Shown one piece after another: positions 49,908 through 59,481 of a stretch of 64,000 nt of DNA. The notes beneath the pieces are model-generated. The model worked only from the letters and a program-made list of their open reading frames with translations, had not been told where the DNA came from and did no database searches. Positions within the stretch are counted from its first letter, which is position 1. Every line of letters starts with the position of its first letter. This DNA is from Chloroflexota bacterium (GTDB lineage Bacteria; Chloroflexota; Limnocylindria; Limnocylindrales; CSP1-4): NCBI GenBank assembly GCA_045804645.1, contig JBJMMR010000073.1, positions 1,146 through 65,145 on the forward strand, in the 5' to 3' direction. The position numbers were made by a program, and so were the translations under genes.

Positions 49908-51143
49908 GTGAAGATCTCGCGCGAGACGGCCCGCCGGTTCATCCTCGGGCGGCAGGGCCTGTGGCCCGGCCGACGCTGGCGCGGCGTCCAGGGGACCGAG
50001 CGCGCGATGCGGTCGATGGAGCATCTCCAGCTCGACCCGCTTGCGATCATGGCGCGGGCGCAGGACCTGATGCTCCACAGTCGAGTGATCGACTACCAGC
50101 TTGACGATTGGGCGCGGCTGACCTACGAGCGGCGCAAGTTCTTCGACTGGGGCGGCTGGCTCGCGGTCCGGCCGATGGACGAGTTGCCGTACTGGCGGAA
50201 CCTGATGCGACGCGAACGTGAGATGGGTCACTGGCGCGAGGTCGAGCACGAGCATCACGAGACGATCGTCGAGATGCGGCGCGTCCTCCGGGAGCGAGGC
50301 ACGGTCGCGAACCGCGACTTCACGATGGCGACCCGGAAGCGCACCGACTCCTACCGCGGCCGGAAGGACAGTGCGGTCGCGCTCTACTACCTGTGGCGGA
50401 TCGGCGATGCCATGGTCCATCACCGCGAACGGTTCGAACGTGTCTACGCGCCGACCGAGGACGTCGCTCCGCGGCACCTCCTCGAGGAGGCATCCGACGG
50501 GGAGACGGACGACTTCATGCGCCGCAAGCACGTCGCGTTCGAGGGGATCTCCCCGCTCACCGGCACGTACGCGCTGTACCACAAGGGAGAGCGGCAGGCC
50601 GTCGTCGCGTGGCGCGAACAGACGGTCCGCGACGGCGTCCTTATCGAGGTCGAGGTGGACGGGTGGCGCGGGATCCGCTGGGCGCTCGCAGAGGACGCAG
50701 ATGACATCGCGACCGTCGAGCGCGGACGGGTCCCCCGGGCGTGGCGACCGCAGGGAACGACGACGATCGACGAGGCGACCTTCCTCGCGCCACTCGATCC
50801 CGTCAGTGCTCGCAAGCGAGCGGCGTCACTGTTCGACTTTGACTACATCTGGGAGGTCTACACGCCCGCCCCGAAGCGCAAGTTCGGTTACTACGCGCTT
50901 CCGGTCCTGTGGGGAGACCGCCTTGTGGCCAGGTTCGACGGTCGGCTCGACCGATCGACGTCGACGTTCGCGATCCTCGGCCTGTGGCTGGAGGACGACG
51001 CACTCGCCGCCGACGGCGCCTTCGCGGAGGCGTTCGCCTGTGGCGTCGAGCGGATGAGCCGCTTCCTGGGTGCGGAGCGTCTCGACGTCTCGGGTGTGCC
51101 GCAGCGACGCATCCGCGATCGTTTGACCGCCTCGACTCCCTGA
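49908..51143 (+). CDS. Winged-helix DUF1006 protein (AlkZ/YcaQ-like interstrand-crosslink DNA glycosylase family)
   Basis: 411 aa, GTG start. ISRETARRFILGRQGLW...LQLDPLAIMARAQDLMLHSRV...FGYYALPVLWGDRLVARFD is typical of the family. Confidence 0.75.
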   Translation: MKISRETARRFILGRQGLWPGRRWRGVQGTERAMRSMEHLQLDPLAIMARAQDLMLHSRVIDYQLDDWARLTYERRKFFDWGGWLAVRPMDELPYWRNLMRREREMGHWREVEHEHHETIVEMRRVLRERGTVANRDFTMATRKRTDSYRGRKDSAVALYYLWRIGDAMVHHRERFERVYAPTEDVAPRHLLEEASDGETDDFMRRKHVAFEGISPLTGTYALYHKGERQAVVAWREQTVRDGVLIEVEVDGWRGIRWALAEDADDIATVERGRVPRAWRPQGTTTIDEATFLAPLDPVSARKRAASLFDFDYIWEVYTPAPKRKFGYYALPVLWGDRLVARFDGRLDRSTSTFAILGLWLEDDALAADGAFAEAFACGVERMSRFLGAERLDVSGVPQRRIRDRLTASTP

Positions 51144-51255
51144 CTCCCATCGGGCGGCCACCGCGGACCCATCCGCGCCATTCGGGAACCTTTTGCGACG
51201 GCGGTGACCCATCGTTGGGTGAAGGCACCAGGATGTGCCGAAACCCGGAGGGGCG

Positions 51256-51810
51256 ATGGATCGAGAGCTGGTCCGATCGGCGATGGCCGGCGACCGCGAG
51301 GCGTTCGACGCGTTGGCGTCTGCCTCGATCGGCCGGCTGTACGCCGTCGCATCGCTCATCCTCCGCGACCCGGACCGAGCTGCGGACGCGACCCAGGAGG
51401 CGCTCGTCACCGCCTGGCGCGACCTATCGGCGATCCGCGATCCCGACCGCTTCGAGGCATGGCTTCATCGGGTCCTCGTCCGGTGCTGCTACCGGGAGGC
51501 CGGCCGCGAGCGTCGCCGGCGGCTTGTCGAGATCCACGCCGTCGTCGATGAACGCGGCGGCCCCGACGCGCTCCCGGGGCTGATCGACCGCGATCAGCTC
51601 GATCGCGCGTTCCGGCGCCTGGACATCGACGAGCGCACCGTGATCGTGCTGCATCACATCGAGGGCTTCCTGTTGACCGAGATCGCCGATGTCCTCGGCA
51701 TCCCCGTCGGTACCGTCAAATCCCGGCTGCACCGCGGGAAGCGGACGATGCGCGCTGCGCTCGACGCCGATGCGCGAGTCGTACCTATCGAGCGAGGTCG
51801 TACGGCATGA
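51256..51810 (+). CDS. ECF-type RNA polymerase sigma factor
   Basis: ATG at 51256 after GGAGGGG. Region 2 DATQEALVTAWRDL...FEAWLHRVL. Region 4 EIADVLGIPVGTVKSRLHRGKR. Confidence 0.85.
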   Translation: MDRELVRSAMAGDREAFDALASASIGRLYAVASLILRDPDRAADATQEALVTAWRDLSAIRDPDRFEAWLHRVLVRCCYREAGRERRRRLVEIHAVVDERGGPDALPGLIDRDQLDRAFRRLDIDERTVIVLHHIEGFLLTEIADVLGIPVGTVKSRLHRGKRTMRAALDADARVVPIERGRTA

Positions 51811-53057
51811 GTACGGTAAGCGACTTCGACGGCCGCCTCGAGACCTGGCTAGCGGATGTGCGGCCGACGTCGCCGCCGCCGGGGCTCCTCGACTCGGCGC
51901 TCGAGCGCGTGGCGGAGACGCCGCGCCGACGGGGCTGGCTGATCACGGACCGCTGGATGTGGGGCCCAAGGGCGCGGCGAGCCGTGGCCGGTGGTCGTTT
52001 TGTCCTGGTCGCGGCGGCGCTCCTGCTGCTCGTGCTCGCGTTCGTCGCGGCGGCGATCCTGATCGGGTCGCCGCGTCCGGCTCCGCCGTTCGGGCTGACG
52101 ACGCCCGGATTCATCACAGCAGATGCGGCGGACGGGATCATCGTCGCGCGGATCGACGGTTCGCAGCGGCACATCCTCGTGCCGAAGGACGGCGAGTCGG
52201 TCAGTCCGATCTGGTCCCGTGACGGCCTCCATCTGGCCTTCTGGCATCGCCCAGCCCACGGCCGGCCGTGGGAGCTCACGGTGGTCGACCAGTACGGCGG
52301 CGGGCACCGCGTCATCGCTGACGACATCACGCTCCGTGAGCGCGAGGAGCAATTCTCACAGCCGAGTGCCATCAGCTGGTCGCCCGACAGCAAGCGGATG
52401 ACCTACGCCGCCGATACGCCGGCCGGGTCCGCGATCTTCGTCGCGGAGCTCGACGGTGGCGCCGTTCGTATCACCGATCCGCGCCTCAAGTCGATCGACC
52501 CGGTCTGGTCACCCGATGGGAACACGATCGCCTTCGTCAGCGAGCGATCGAGGACACTGCAAACGGTCGCTCCTGACGGCACGCACGAGCGCGAGCTGAC
52601 AGCCCTCAAGGACATCGTGCTCTGGCCGGATTGGTCTCCCGACGGCTCGTTGATCGCCGTCAGCTCGGCCGCTCGTCAGCAGCTCGACATCTTCACCGTG
52701 TCCGCCGACGGCTCGACGGTGACCGACGTCTCGCACGACCCGAGCGATGAGTTCTCGCCGAGCTGGTCACCCGACGGCGACCGCCTGGCCTGGGCGCGCG
52801 CACCTGCCGACGAGTCCGCTCGCGCGTACGTGGTCGTGGGGAGCCGGGACGGGACCCGCGTGGTCGAGTTGCGGACCCCAGCCGACCTTGCACCTCCCGT
52901 CTGGTCGCCAGACGGGACGCGTCTCTACAGCTACGTGATGGATAACGACGGGTCGTTCTCGCAGGTCCTGGTGCTGGATCCGGAGGGCAAGGCGCCGCCG
53001 GTTCGGATCCCTTCCCCAGGGAGTATCGGGAACGGGAGCTGGCAAAGGCTGCCCTGA
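51807..53057 (+). CDS. Putative anti-sigma factor: short cytoplasmic N-terminus, one TM, extracytoplasmic TolB-like PD40 beta-propeller
   Basis: ATGA overlap with the sigma gene. TM FVLVAAALLLLVLAFVAAAILIG. Five or more WSPDG repeats (ISWSPDS, PVWSPDGN, PDWSPDGS, PSWSPDGD, PVWSPDGT). Confidence 0.7.
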   Translation: MSTVSDFDGRLETWLADVRPTSPPPGLLDSALERVAETPRRRGWLITDRWMWGPRARRAVAGGRFVLVAAALLLLVLAFVAAAILIGSPRPAPPFGLTTPGFITADAADGIIVARIDGSQRHILVPKDGESVSPIWSRDGLHLAFWHRPAHGRPWELTVVDQYGGGHRVIADDITLREREEQFSQPSAISWSPDSKRMTYAADTPAGSAIFVAELDGGAVRITDPRLKSIDPVWSPDGNTIAFVSERSRTLQTVAPDGTHERELTALKDIVLWPDWSPDGSLIAVSSAARQQLDIFTVSADGSTVTDVSHDPSDEFSPSWSPDGDRLAWARAPADESARAYVVVGSRDGTRVVELRTPADLAPPVWSPDGTRLYSYVMDNDGSFSQVLVLDPEGKAPPVRIPSPGSIGNGSWQRLP

Positions 53058-53099
53058 CCAGGACGAGGGCGCGAATCGGGTTGCAAGGAGGGTTCTGAG

Positions 53100-54062
53100 A
53101 TGCGTATGCGTTCGATGGCTGTGGTGGCCGCGCTGGCGGCCCTGCTGGCGCTGCCTGCCGCCACGTCGGCGACGATGCCCAGCGAGAACGGCCGGATCGT
53201 GTTTTCTGCAGAGACCCCTACCGGCGTCCAGATGTTCACGGTCCGCCCGAGCGGCAGTGGCCTTCGGCAGATCACCCGCCTCGCCGGCGATGCGCTCAAC
53301 CCCGACTGGTCTCCGGACGGTCGCCGGATCGTATTCGCGATCGGGACGGAAACCTCGGCACGGATCGCCATCGTGCGTCCGGACGGGACACACCTCACGA
53401 TCCTGCCGCAACCGGCCGGGGTGTTCGATGACCAGCCGTCGTATTCGCCGAACGGGCGCTGGGTCTACTTCGAGCGATACACGGAAGCGACCAACGATGA
53501 CGCCATCTGGCGCATGAAGACCGACGGGTCGCGCCAGCAGCGTGTGCTCGGCCCGTTCCCGCACGGCTTCGTGACGGATCCGAACGTGTCGCCCGACGGT
53601 CAGCGGCTCAGCTTCCAGGGTTGGGACGGTTCGCTGGTCGGCCCGCTTCCGAACGAGGAGCCGGCACGCGGCCTGTTCACGGCCTGGACGGACGGTAGCC
53701 ACATCAAGCAGATCCGTCCGTACAGCGCCGACGAGACCGTCAAGGCCGACTGGGCGCCGAGTGGCCTTCGGATCGCCGTGACCGAGAACGCCAACCACTT
53801 CGATCCGGCGGATTCGGCCAACATGGTCACGATGCGTGCCGACGGGACGCATCGCCGCCATCTGACGCACTTCCACGACGGCGAAACCAACGCATACCTG
53901 GGGTCGTATTCGCCAGACGGCCGATGGCTGGTCTTCCGGCTTGAGAAGGACGGCCTGTTCGGGCTCTATCGGATCCGGCCTGATGGAACCGGGACTCGCG
54001 TGATCCTGCCGCTCTCAGATCTCCGACCGCGGTACATCGACTGGGGTCCGGACGCGGACTGA
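53100..54062 (+). CDS. Secreted TolB-like PD40 beta-propeller protein
   Basis: 320 aa. Signal peptide MRMRSMAVVAALAALLALPAATSA. Repeats PDWSPDGR, PSYSPNGR, PNVSPDGQ, ADWAPSGL, GSYSPDGR. Confidence 0.75.
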   Translation: MRMRSMAVVAALAALLALPAATSATMPSENGRIVFSAETPTGVQMFTVRPSGSGLRQITRLAGDALNPDWSPDGRRIVFAIGTETSARIAIVRPDGTHLTILPQPAGVFDDQPSYSPNGRWVYFERYTEATNDDAIWRMKTDGSRQQRVLGPFPHGFVTDPNVSPDGQRLSFQGWDGSLVGPLPNEEPARGLFTAWTDGSHIKQIRPYSADETVKADWAPSGLRIAVTENANHFDPADSANMVTMRADGTHRRHLTHFHDGETNAYLGSYSPDGRWLVFRLEKDGLFGLYRIRPDGTGTRVILPLSDLRPRYIDWGPDAD

Positions 54063-55370
54063 GGCCATCTCCGCCGACGCGAGCCGCGCCGCCCGAGCCT
54101 CCAGGTACCGCCGCTCAGGAAGGCTCGTCGTCTGCTGCGCAGCCAGGCGATAGGCGGCCCGGGCGGCCGCCTCGTCGCCGGCCATCTCGAGCATGTGGCC
54201 GCGTACCGCGGTGAGTCGATGGTGCCTCGAGATCCGCTCGTCGGTCTCGAGCTCATCGAGCATGGCGAGGCCGGCATCGGGGCCGTCGACCATCGCGACG
54301 GCGACAGCGTGGTTGAGGGTCACCATCGGGTTCGGGGCGATGCGCTCGAGGAGCCGGTACAGCTCGACGATCTCGCGCCAGTCGGTGTCCTCGGCCTTGG
54401 TGGCCTCGTCGTGGACGGCAGCGATCGCCGCCTGGAGTTGGTACGGCCCGATCCGGCCATGAGGGAGCGCGGCCGAGATGATCTCGACGCCCTGCTCGAT
54501 CGCCGTGGCGTTCCAGCGTGAGCGGTCCTGCTCCGCGAGTGGGATGAGGTCCCCGTGTGCGTCGCTGCGGGCCGGCCGACGGGCATCCGTCAAGAGCATC
54601 AGGGCCAGGAGGCCCGCGACCTCGGTTTCGTCGGGGAGTCGCCGATGGACCTCCCGGGTGATCCGGATCGCCTCCGCGGCGAGCTCGGGTCGCAGCAGAT
54701 CGTCGCCGGACGAGGCCGTGTAGCCCTCGTTGAACATGAGGTACAGGACGTGCAGGACGACCGCGAGCCTGCCGGGCACATCGGACACTGGCGGCATCTC
54801 GAAGCGTCCTCCGGCCGCCGCGATCGTCGCCTTGGCGCGGCTGATCCGCTGCGCCATCGTCGCCTCGGGGACGAGGAAGGCGGCTGCGATCTGCGCGGTG
54901 GTGAGGCCACCGACCGCGCGCAGCGTCAGGGCGAGTTGCGACGCTGGCGACAGGGCCGGGTGGCAGCACAGGAAGAGCAGCGTGAGCGAGTCGTCCTCCT
55001 GCGGTCCCGTGTCCGCGACGTCCGGCGCCGGCATCAGCCACGCCTCGGGCGGCAGCAGCGCGGCAGCGGCGGACTCGCGTCGCTGTCGGGCGACGTCCGC
55101 GCGGAGCTGGTCGGTCAGCCGTCGCTGAGCGACGGTGATGAGCCAACCACGTGGATTGCCCGGGATGCCGTCGTCGGGCCACTGCTGGGCGGCGGTCAGA
55201 AGCGCCTCCTGGACCGCGTCCTCCGCTGCGTCGAACCGGCTGTTCCTGCGAGCCAGCGCGGCGAGGACCTGCGGCGCGAGCTCGCGCAGCAGGTCCTCGA
55301 TGTCGCTCGGGGTCGCCGCTAGCCTGGGGCGGCTGCCGGCTTGAGCTGATGTCGAGTCGCGCGCCGTCAC
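54015..55370 (-). CDS. ECF sigma factor with long C-terminal extension (the type usually paired with YCII/DGPF proteins)
   Basis: 451 aa, GTG start, GTGA overlap with the upstream YCII gene. AEDAVQEALLTAAQQWPDDGIPGNPRGWLITVAQRRLTDQLR. HTH GGLTTAQIAAAFLVPEATMAQRISRAK. Confidence 0.8.
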   Translation of the reverse strand: MTARDSTSAQAGSRPRLAATPSDIEDLLRELAPQVLAALARRNSRFDAAEDAVQEALLTAAQQWPDDGIPGNPRGWLITVAQRRLTDQLRADVARQRRESAAAALLPPEAWLMPAPDVADTGPQEDDSLTLLFLCCHPALSPASQLALTLRAVGGLTTAQIAAAFLVPEATMAQRISRAKATIAAAGGRFEMPPVSDVPGRLAVVLHVLYLMFNEGYTASSGDDLLRPELAAEAIRITREVHRRLPDETEVAGLLALMLLTDARRPARSDAHGDLIPLAEQDRSRWNATAIEQGVEIISAALPHGRIGPYQLQAAIAAVHDEATKAEDTDWREIVELYRLLERIAPNPMVTLNHAVAVAMVDGPDAGLAMLDELETDERISRHHRLTAVRGHMLEMAGDEAAARAAYRLAAQQTTSLPERRYLEARAARLASAEMASVRVRTPVDVPRSEI

Positions 55371-55717
55371 ATCTCCGTCCCGGCCTCCTCCATGATCGGG
55401 CGGATCTCGACGACCCCGTACTCGGACAGCGGCCCGGCGATCTCCTTGGCGCGGTCGAGGCTGTCGACGTCGATCAGGAAGAGACCCGCGAGCTGCTCCT
55501 TGACCTCGCCGAAGGGGCCGTCGGTGACCGCCGGCACGCCATTGCTGAACTGGATGAAGGTCCGCTCGTTCCCGAGGCCCTCGACGCGGATCAGTTCACC
55601 GGTCGCCTTTGTCTCGTTGATGACCGTGTAGTGATTGCCGAGGACGCGGTTCGCCTCGGACTCCGGGAGCGTCTCCCAGAACTTCATGTCCGAGTGGATG
55701 AGGATCATGTACTTCAC
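55367..55717 (-). CDS. YCII-related (DGPF) domain protein
   Basis: GTG at 55717 after AGGAGA in tracked ORF 55367..55894. KYMILIHSD...VTDGPFGEVKEQLAGLFLIDVDSLDRAKEIA. Confidence 0.8.
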   Translation of the reverse strand: MKYMILIHSDMKFWETLPESEANRVLGNHYTVINETKATGELIRVEGLGNERTFIQFSNGVPAVTDGPFGEVKEQLAGLFLIDVDSLDRAKEIAGPLSEYGVVEIRPIMEEAGTEM

Positions 55718-56121
55718 GCTGGTCTCCTGTTCTGTGCGGGCCTCGATGGGGGCCGTCACAGGAAGGTCGAAGCTGGGATCGCCGTCTCGACATCGTGCCA
55801 CGCGTTGCGTGGGTTGCGCGCCGAACTGCCACCCGACGGTCGAACCCCCGTGTTCGAACGGACCGCTGGACCGACGGTCGTGCGTCGCTTCCAACTCCGA
55901 GAGTTCGGGAGGACTGCCGAGCCGACCAGTACCACGCAGGTCGGCGGTTCATCTGTCGCTTCGAACGCCCACGTCCGATGTCGGAAAAGTCGGACCGAGA
56001 TCGCTTCCGATCCATGTCGAGAAGCGACGCGCGGCTTCGACTACCTGATGACAACGCCGCGCCGACTGACCGCAGATCGATGAACCCTCAGAATCACGGC
56101 ACTCGACCAAGGAGGACCTCG

Positions 56122-56916
56122 ATGTCCAGCACGACACTGCAGTACGCGACGTCCAGGGATGGCACGACCATCGCCTTCGACCGTCTCGGGACCGGTCCCG
56201 CTGTCGTTCTCGTCAGCGGTGGTTCGGTCGACCGATCCTCCAATGCCGGCCTCGCCGACGTGCTCGCGAACGATCACACGGTCTTCAACTACGACCGTCG
56301 CGGGCGGGGACCGTCGGGCGATACGCAGCCGTACGCCGTCCAACGCGAGATCGAGGACATCGACGCCGTGATCGATGCGGCCGGCGGGAAAGCACACCTG
56401 TACGGGTCGTCATCCGGTGCCGCCCTCGCCCTGCTCGCCGCTGCGGCCGGATCGCCTGTCGACAAGCTGGCGCTGTGGGAGCCGCCGTACATCGTCGATG
56501 GAAGCCGGCCGAAGCCCGAGCCGAATACGGCCCAGATCTATCGCGACCTCGTCGCCCAGGATCGTCGCGGCGACGCGGTCGAATACTTCATGGCCAAGGT
56601 CGTGGGCATGCCGGACGAATTCGTCGCCTCGGCGCGGTCCCAGCCATGGTGGCGATGGACCGAGTCGCTCGCGCACACGCTCGCGTACGACGCCGAGATC
56701 ATGGGCGACTACTCGCTTCCCGTCGACAGGATCCGGTCGGTCGCCGTCCCGACGCTGATCCTCGTCGGTGCCGCGAGCTTCGGGTTCATGGGTCCGACCG
56801 CGGAGGCCATCGCCGACGTGGTGCCGAACGCGCAGGTCAAGGCCCTCGAGGGACAGGAGCACAACGTCGATCCGACAGTTCTCGGGCCAGCGTTGACCGA
56901 GTTCTTCGGTCGCTGA
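56122..56916 (+). CDS. Alpha/beta hydrolase
   Basis: ATG at 56122 after AAGGAGG in tracked ORF 55795..56916. Nucleophile elbow YGSSSGAA. 264 aa. Confidence 0.85.
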   Translation: MSSTTLQYATSRDGTTIAFDRLGTGPAVVLVSGGSVDRSSNAGLADVLANDHTVFNYDRRGRGPSGDTQPYAVQREIEDIDAVIDAAGGKAHLYGSSSGAALALLAAAAGSPVDKLALWEPPYIVDGSRPKPEPNTAQIYRDLVAQDRRGDAVEYFMAKVVGMPDEFVASARSQPWWRWTESLAHTLAYDAEIMGDYSLPVDRIRSVAVPTLILVGAASFGFMGPTAEAIADVVPNAQVKALEGQEHNVDPTVLGPALTEFFGR

Positions 56917-56928
56917 AGGGTCCGCGAG

Positions 56929-57327
56929 ATGGCCGACAAGTCGGTCGCCGACAAGCTGCTGATCAAGCCGGGCTCGACGCTTTGGGTGTCCGATGCGACG
57001 CGAGGGGACCTGCTCGGGCCGTTGCCCGACGGCGTCGCGCCGACGAGCGATCCGGCGAAGGCATCGACGTCGATCGTCATCGCTGATGACGCCGACTCCG
57101 TCCGACGGCGGTTCGCCACCGATGGCAGGGCGCTCCTCGGGTCGGGGAACCTGTGGGTCCTCTACCGCAAGGGGAACAAGGCCGACATCAACCGCGATTC
57201 GCTCTGGCCGATCCTCGCCGATTTCGGGTTCCGCCCGATCAGCCAGGTCTCAGTCGATGAGACGTGGTCGGCGCTCCGGTTCCGGGCCCTGAAGCCCGGG
57301 GAGCCACCGTTCAGCGGCGGCCGCTGA
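56929..57327 (+). CDS. Hypothetical protein (DUF3052-like by recollection)
   Basis: 132 aa, coding-like composition. WVLYRKGNKADINRDSLW resembles that family. Assignment not verified. Confidence 0.5.
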   Translation: MADKSVADKLLIKPGSTLWVSDATRGDLLGPLPDGVAPTSDPAKASTSIVIADDADSVRRRFATDGRALLGSGNLWVLYRKGNKADINRDSLWPILADFGFRPISQVSVDETWSALRFRALKPGEPPFSGGR

Positions 57328-57462
57328 GCCCGGGGCAGCTAGTCCCCGACACGTCGCTCGCCGATCCTCGCGCCCCGGGTGGCACTCACCGCCCGGGGCG
57401 CATCCGCGCCGCGCGCCACGCGGCGCCCGTATGCTCGACGCCGATCGGCCGAGGAGGGACCC

Positions 57463-57990
57463 TTGAGCTTCACGATCGAAGCTGTACTCGAAGCGGACGT
57501 CGACCCCGCCGCGGTCTTTGCCTTGTACATGGATCCGTCGACGTGGAGTCGGTGGGGCCACAACGCCACGTGGGCGCGGGCGGAGGGGTCGCTCGTGGAG
57601 GGCGGGATCGTCGACGTCCGAGCGAGTTACGGCACGGTCTATCACTGTCGGATCCGGCGGCTCGACCCCGGGCATGCGCTGGAACTCGTCGTCAAGCCCG
57701 CGCTGCTGACGATCATCAACATCTACGAGGTCTCGCCGACCCCGGCCGGGTCGCGCATCCGGCACGCCTTCGAGGTTTCTGGTCCGATCGCGGGGATCGT
57801 TCGGCCTGCGCTCGCTGGCATGTACACGCGACAGCTCGAAGGAGAGGTCGCGGCCGTCGCTCGGATCGCCGGCGACCCGGACGCCGACGACGGCAGGCGT
57901 GGCCCGGCGACTCCGGTATCGGCGCCGGAACGCGCTTGGCACCGGTTGGGCCGCTGGCGTCGCGGCGGCGCGGAAGAACAGGCCGACTGA
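57463..57990 (+). CDS. SRPBCC (START/polyketide-cyclase-like) family protein
   Basis: In-frame TTG at 57463 after GGAGGGA in tracked ORF 57379..57990. SFTIEAVLEADVDPAAVFALYMDPSTWSRW. Confidence 0.6.
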   Translation: MSFTIEAVLEADVDPAAVFALYMDPSTWSRWGHNATWARAEGSLVEGGIVDVRASYGTVYHCRIRRLDPGHALELVVKPALLTIINIYEVSPTPAGSRIRHAFEVSGPIAGIVRPALAGMYTRQLEGEVAAVARIAGDPDADDGRRGPATPVSAPERAWHRLGRWRRGGAEEQAD

Positions 57991-57992
57991 CC

Positions 57993-59399
57993 CTACATCG
58001 CCGCCGCGACCGCCGCTGCGAGAAGGCGCACGCCCTCTTCGATCTGCGCCACCGATACCTGGCCGTACCCCAGGATGAGCCCACCCGCGGCCCGTTCCGG
58101 ATCCTGGTAGGTGTGGCGCAGCCCGGTCACCTTGACGCCTGACGCCAGCGCCCGCTCGATGACGGCCCCCTCGTCGACGCCGCGCGGCAGGAGCGCGAGG
58201 ACATGGAGCCCCGCCGACGCACCGGTCGTCCGTACGGCGGGGAGGTCCCGCGCGAGCGCGTCGAGCATCGCGTCGCGGCGTTCGCGGTAGATCGGCCGCA
58301 TCCGGCGAAGGTGACGGTCGAACTCGCCGCGCGAGAGGAAGTCGGCGAACGCCAGTTGATCCAGGCTCGCCGATCCTCGGTCGTTCGCCTCCTTCAAAGC
58401 CGCGAGCGGATCGACCAGCCCGTGTGGTACCACCATCCAGCCGAGCCGCAGTCCCGGCGCGAGCGTCTTGCTCGCGGAGCCGGCATAGATGACGCGTTCG
58501 GGTGCGAGACCATGGATCGCGCCGATCGGCTCGCGGTCGTAGCGGTACTCGGCGTCGTAGTCGTCCTCCAGGATCAGCCTGTGGCGCTCGTCGGCCCAGG
58601 CAAGGAGCTCGGCGCGACGATCCGGCGCCATGACCGCTCCTGTCGGGTAGTGGTGAGCGGGGGTGAGGAATACGGCATCGGCGTCGGACGCGTGGAGCGC
58701 CTCGACCGAGATCCCGCCGTCGTCGACGGGGAGTGGCACGACTTCGAGCCCGTGGCGGAGCACGGCCTCGCGACCGTCAGCGTCGCCAGGGTCCTCGACG
58801 GCGATCCGCCGGCCGCCGCGCGCCTTGACGAGCTCGGCGACGAGGTCGATCGCCTGGGCGAACCCGTTGCAGACGATGATGTCGTCCGCTTCGGCGGCGG
58901 TGCCACGAACCCGGTTGAGATACCCCGCGAGTGCCTCTCGTAGCTCAGGAGCACCACGCCGGTCCAGATAGGTCAGGCGCTCGCTCGGCGCCTCGATAAG
59001 CACCCGCCTCAGGGATCGCAGCCAGATCTGCCGCGGGAACAACGTGACGTCCGGGCGCCCATAGGCGAAATCGATGCGAACTGCCGGTGAAGCGGCGGCG
59101 TGTGCGCCGCTGCGGGTCGCAGCTGCTGCACGTGTCGCGACCCTCGTCGCTCCACCCGGCACGCTCGTGAGATAGCCCTCGGCGACGAGTTGCTCGTACG
59201 CCTCGACGACGACGCCGCGCGACAGGTCCAGTTGATCCGCCAGGACGCGCGTCGATGGCAACGCGGTCTCCGGTTGCAGCCGGCCGGCTCGGATCGCCCC
59301 TCGCAGCTCCTGTTCGAGCTGGCGATGCAGGGGAAGCGGGTCGGCCTTTCGCACCTCGAGGAGGAGCTCGATCGGGAATCTGGTCCTCGTTCTAACCAT
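57993..59399 (-). CDS. MocR/GabR-type regulator (GntR wHTH + aminotransferase-like domain), second copy
   Basis: 468 aa. HTH LPSTRVLADQLDLSRGVVVEAYEQLVAEGY. PLP-lysine motif GSASKTLAPGLRLGW. Confidence 0.85.
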   Translation of the reverse strand: MVRTRTRFPIELLLEVRKADPLPLHRQLEQELRGAIRAGRLQPETALPSTRVLADQLDLSRGVVVEAYEQLVAEGYLTSVPGGATRVATRAAAATRSGAHAAASPAVRIDFAYGRPDVTLFPRQIWLRSLRRVLIEAPSERLTYLDRRGAPELREALAGYLNRVRGTAAEADDIIVCNGFAQAIDLVAELVKARGGRRIAVEDPGDADGREAVLRHGLEVVPLPVDDGGISVEALHASDADAVFLTPAHHYPTGAVMAPDRRAELLAWADERHRLILEDDYDAEYRYDREPIGAIHGLAPERVIYAGSASKTLAPGLRLGWMVVPHGLVDPLAALKEANDRGSASLDQLAFADFLSRGEFDRHLRRMRPIYRERRDAMLDALARDLPAVRTTGASAGLHVLALLPRGVDEGAVIERALASGVKVTGLRHTYQDPERAAGGLILGYGQVSVAQIEEGVRLLAAAVAAAM

Positions 59400-59481
59400 C
59401 GATGTGGACCTTAGCAGACGACCAGTTATACGTCACCATCGTGTCAACGAACTCAGTCCGAGGCAGATGAAGGAGATCGAG

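Noticed and set aside
54015-54062. 48-nt convergent overlap of the PD40 propeller gene and the ECF sigma gene as a possible antisense regulatory feature
   Set aside because: 3' overlaps of this size are common in compact high-GC genomes. Either C-terminus could be slightly mis-called, and no supporting structure or motif was seen.
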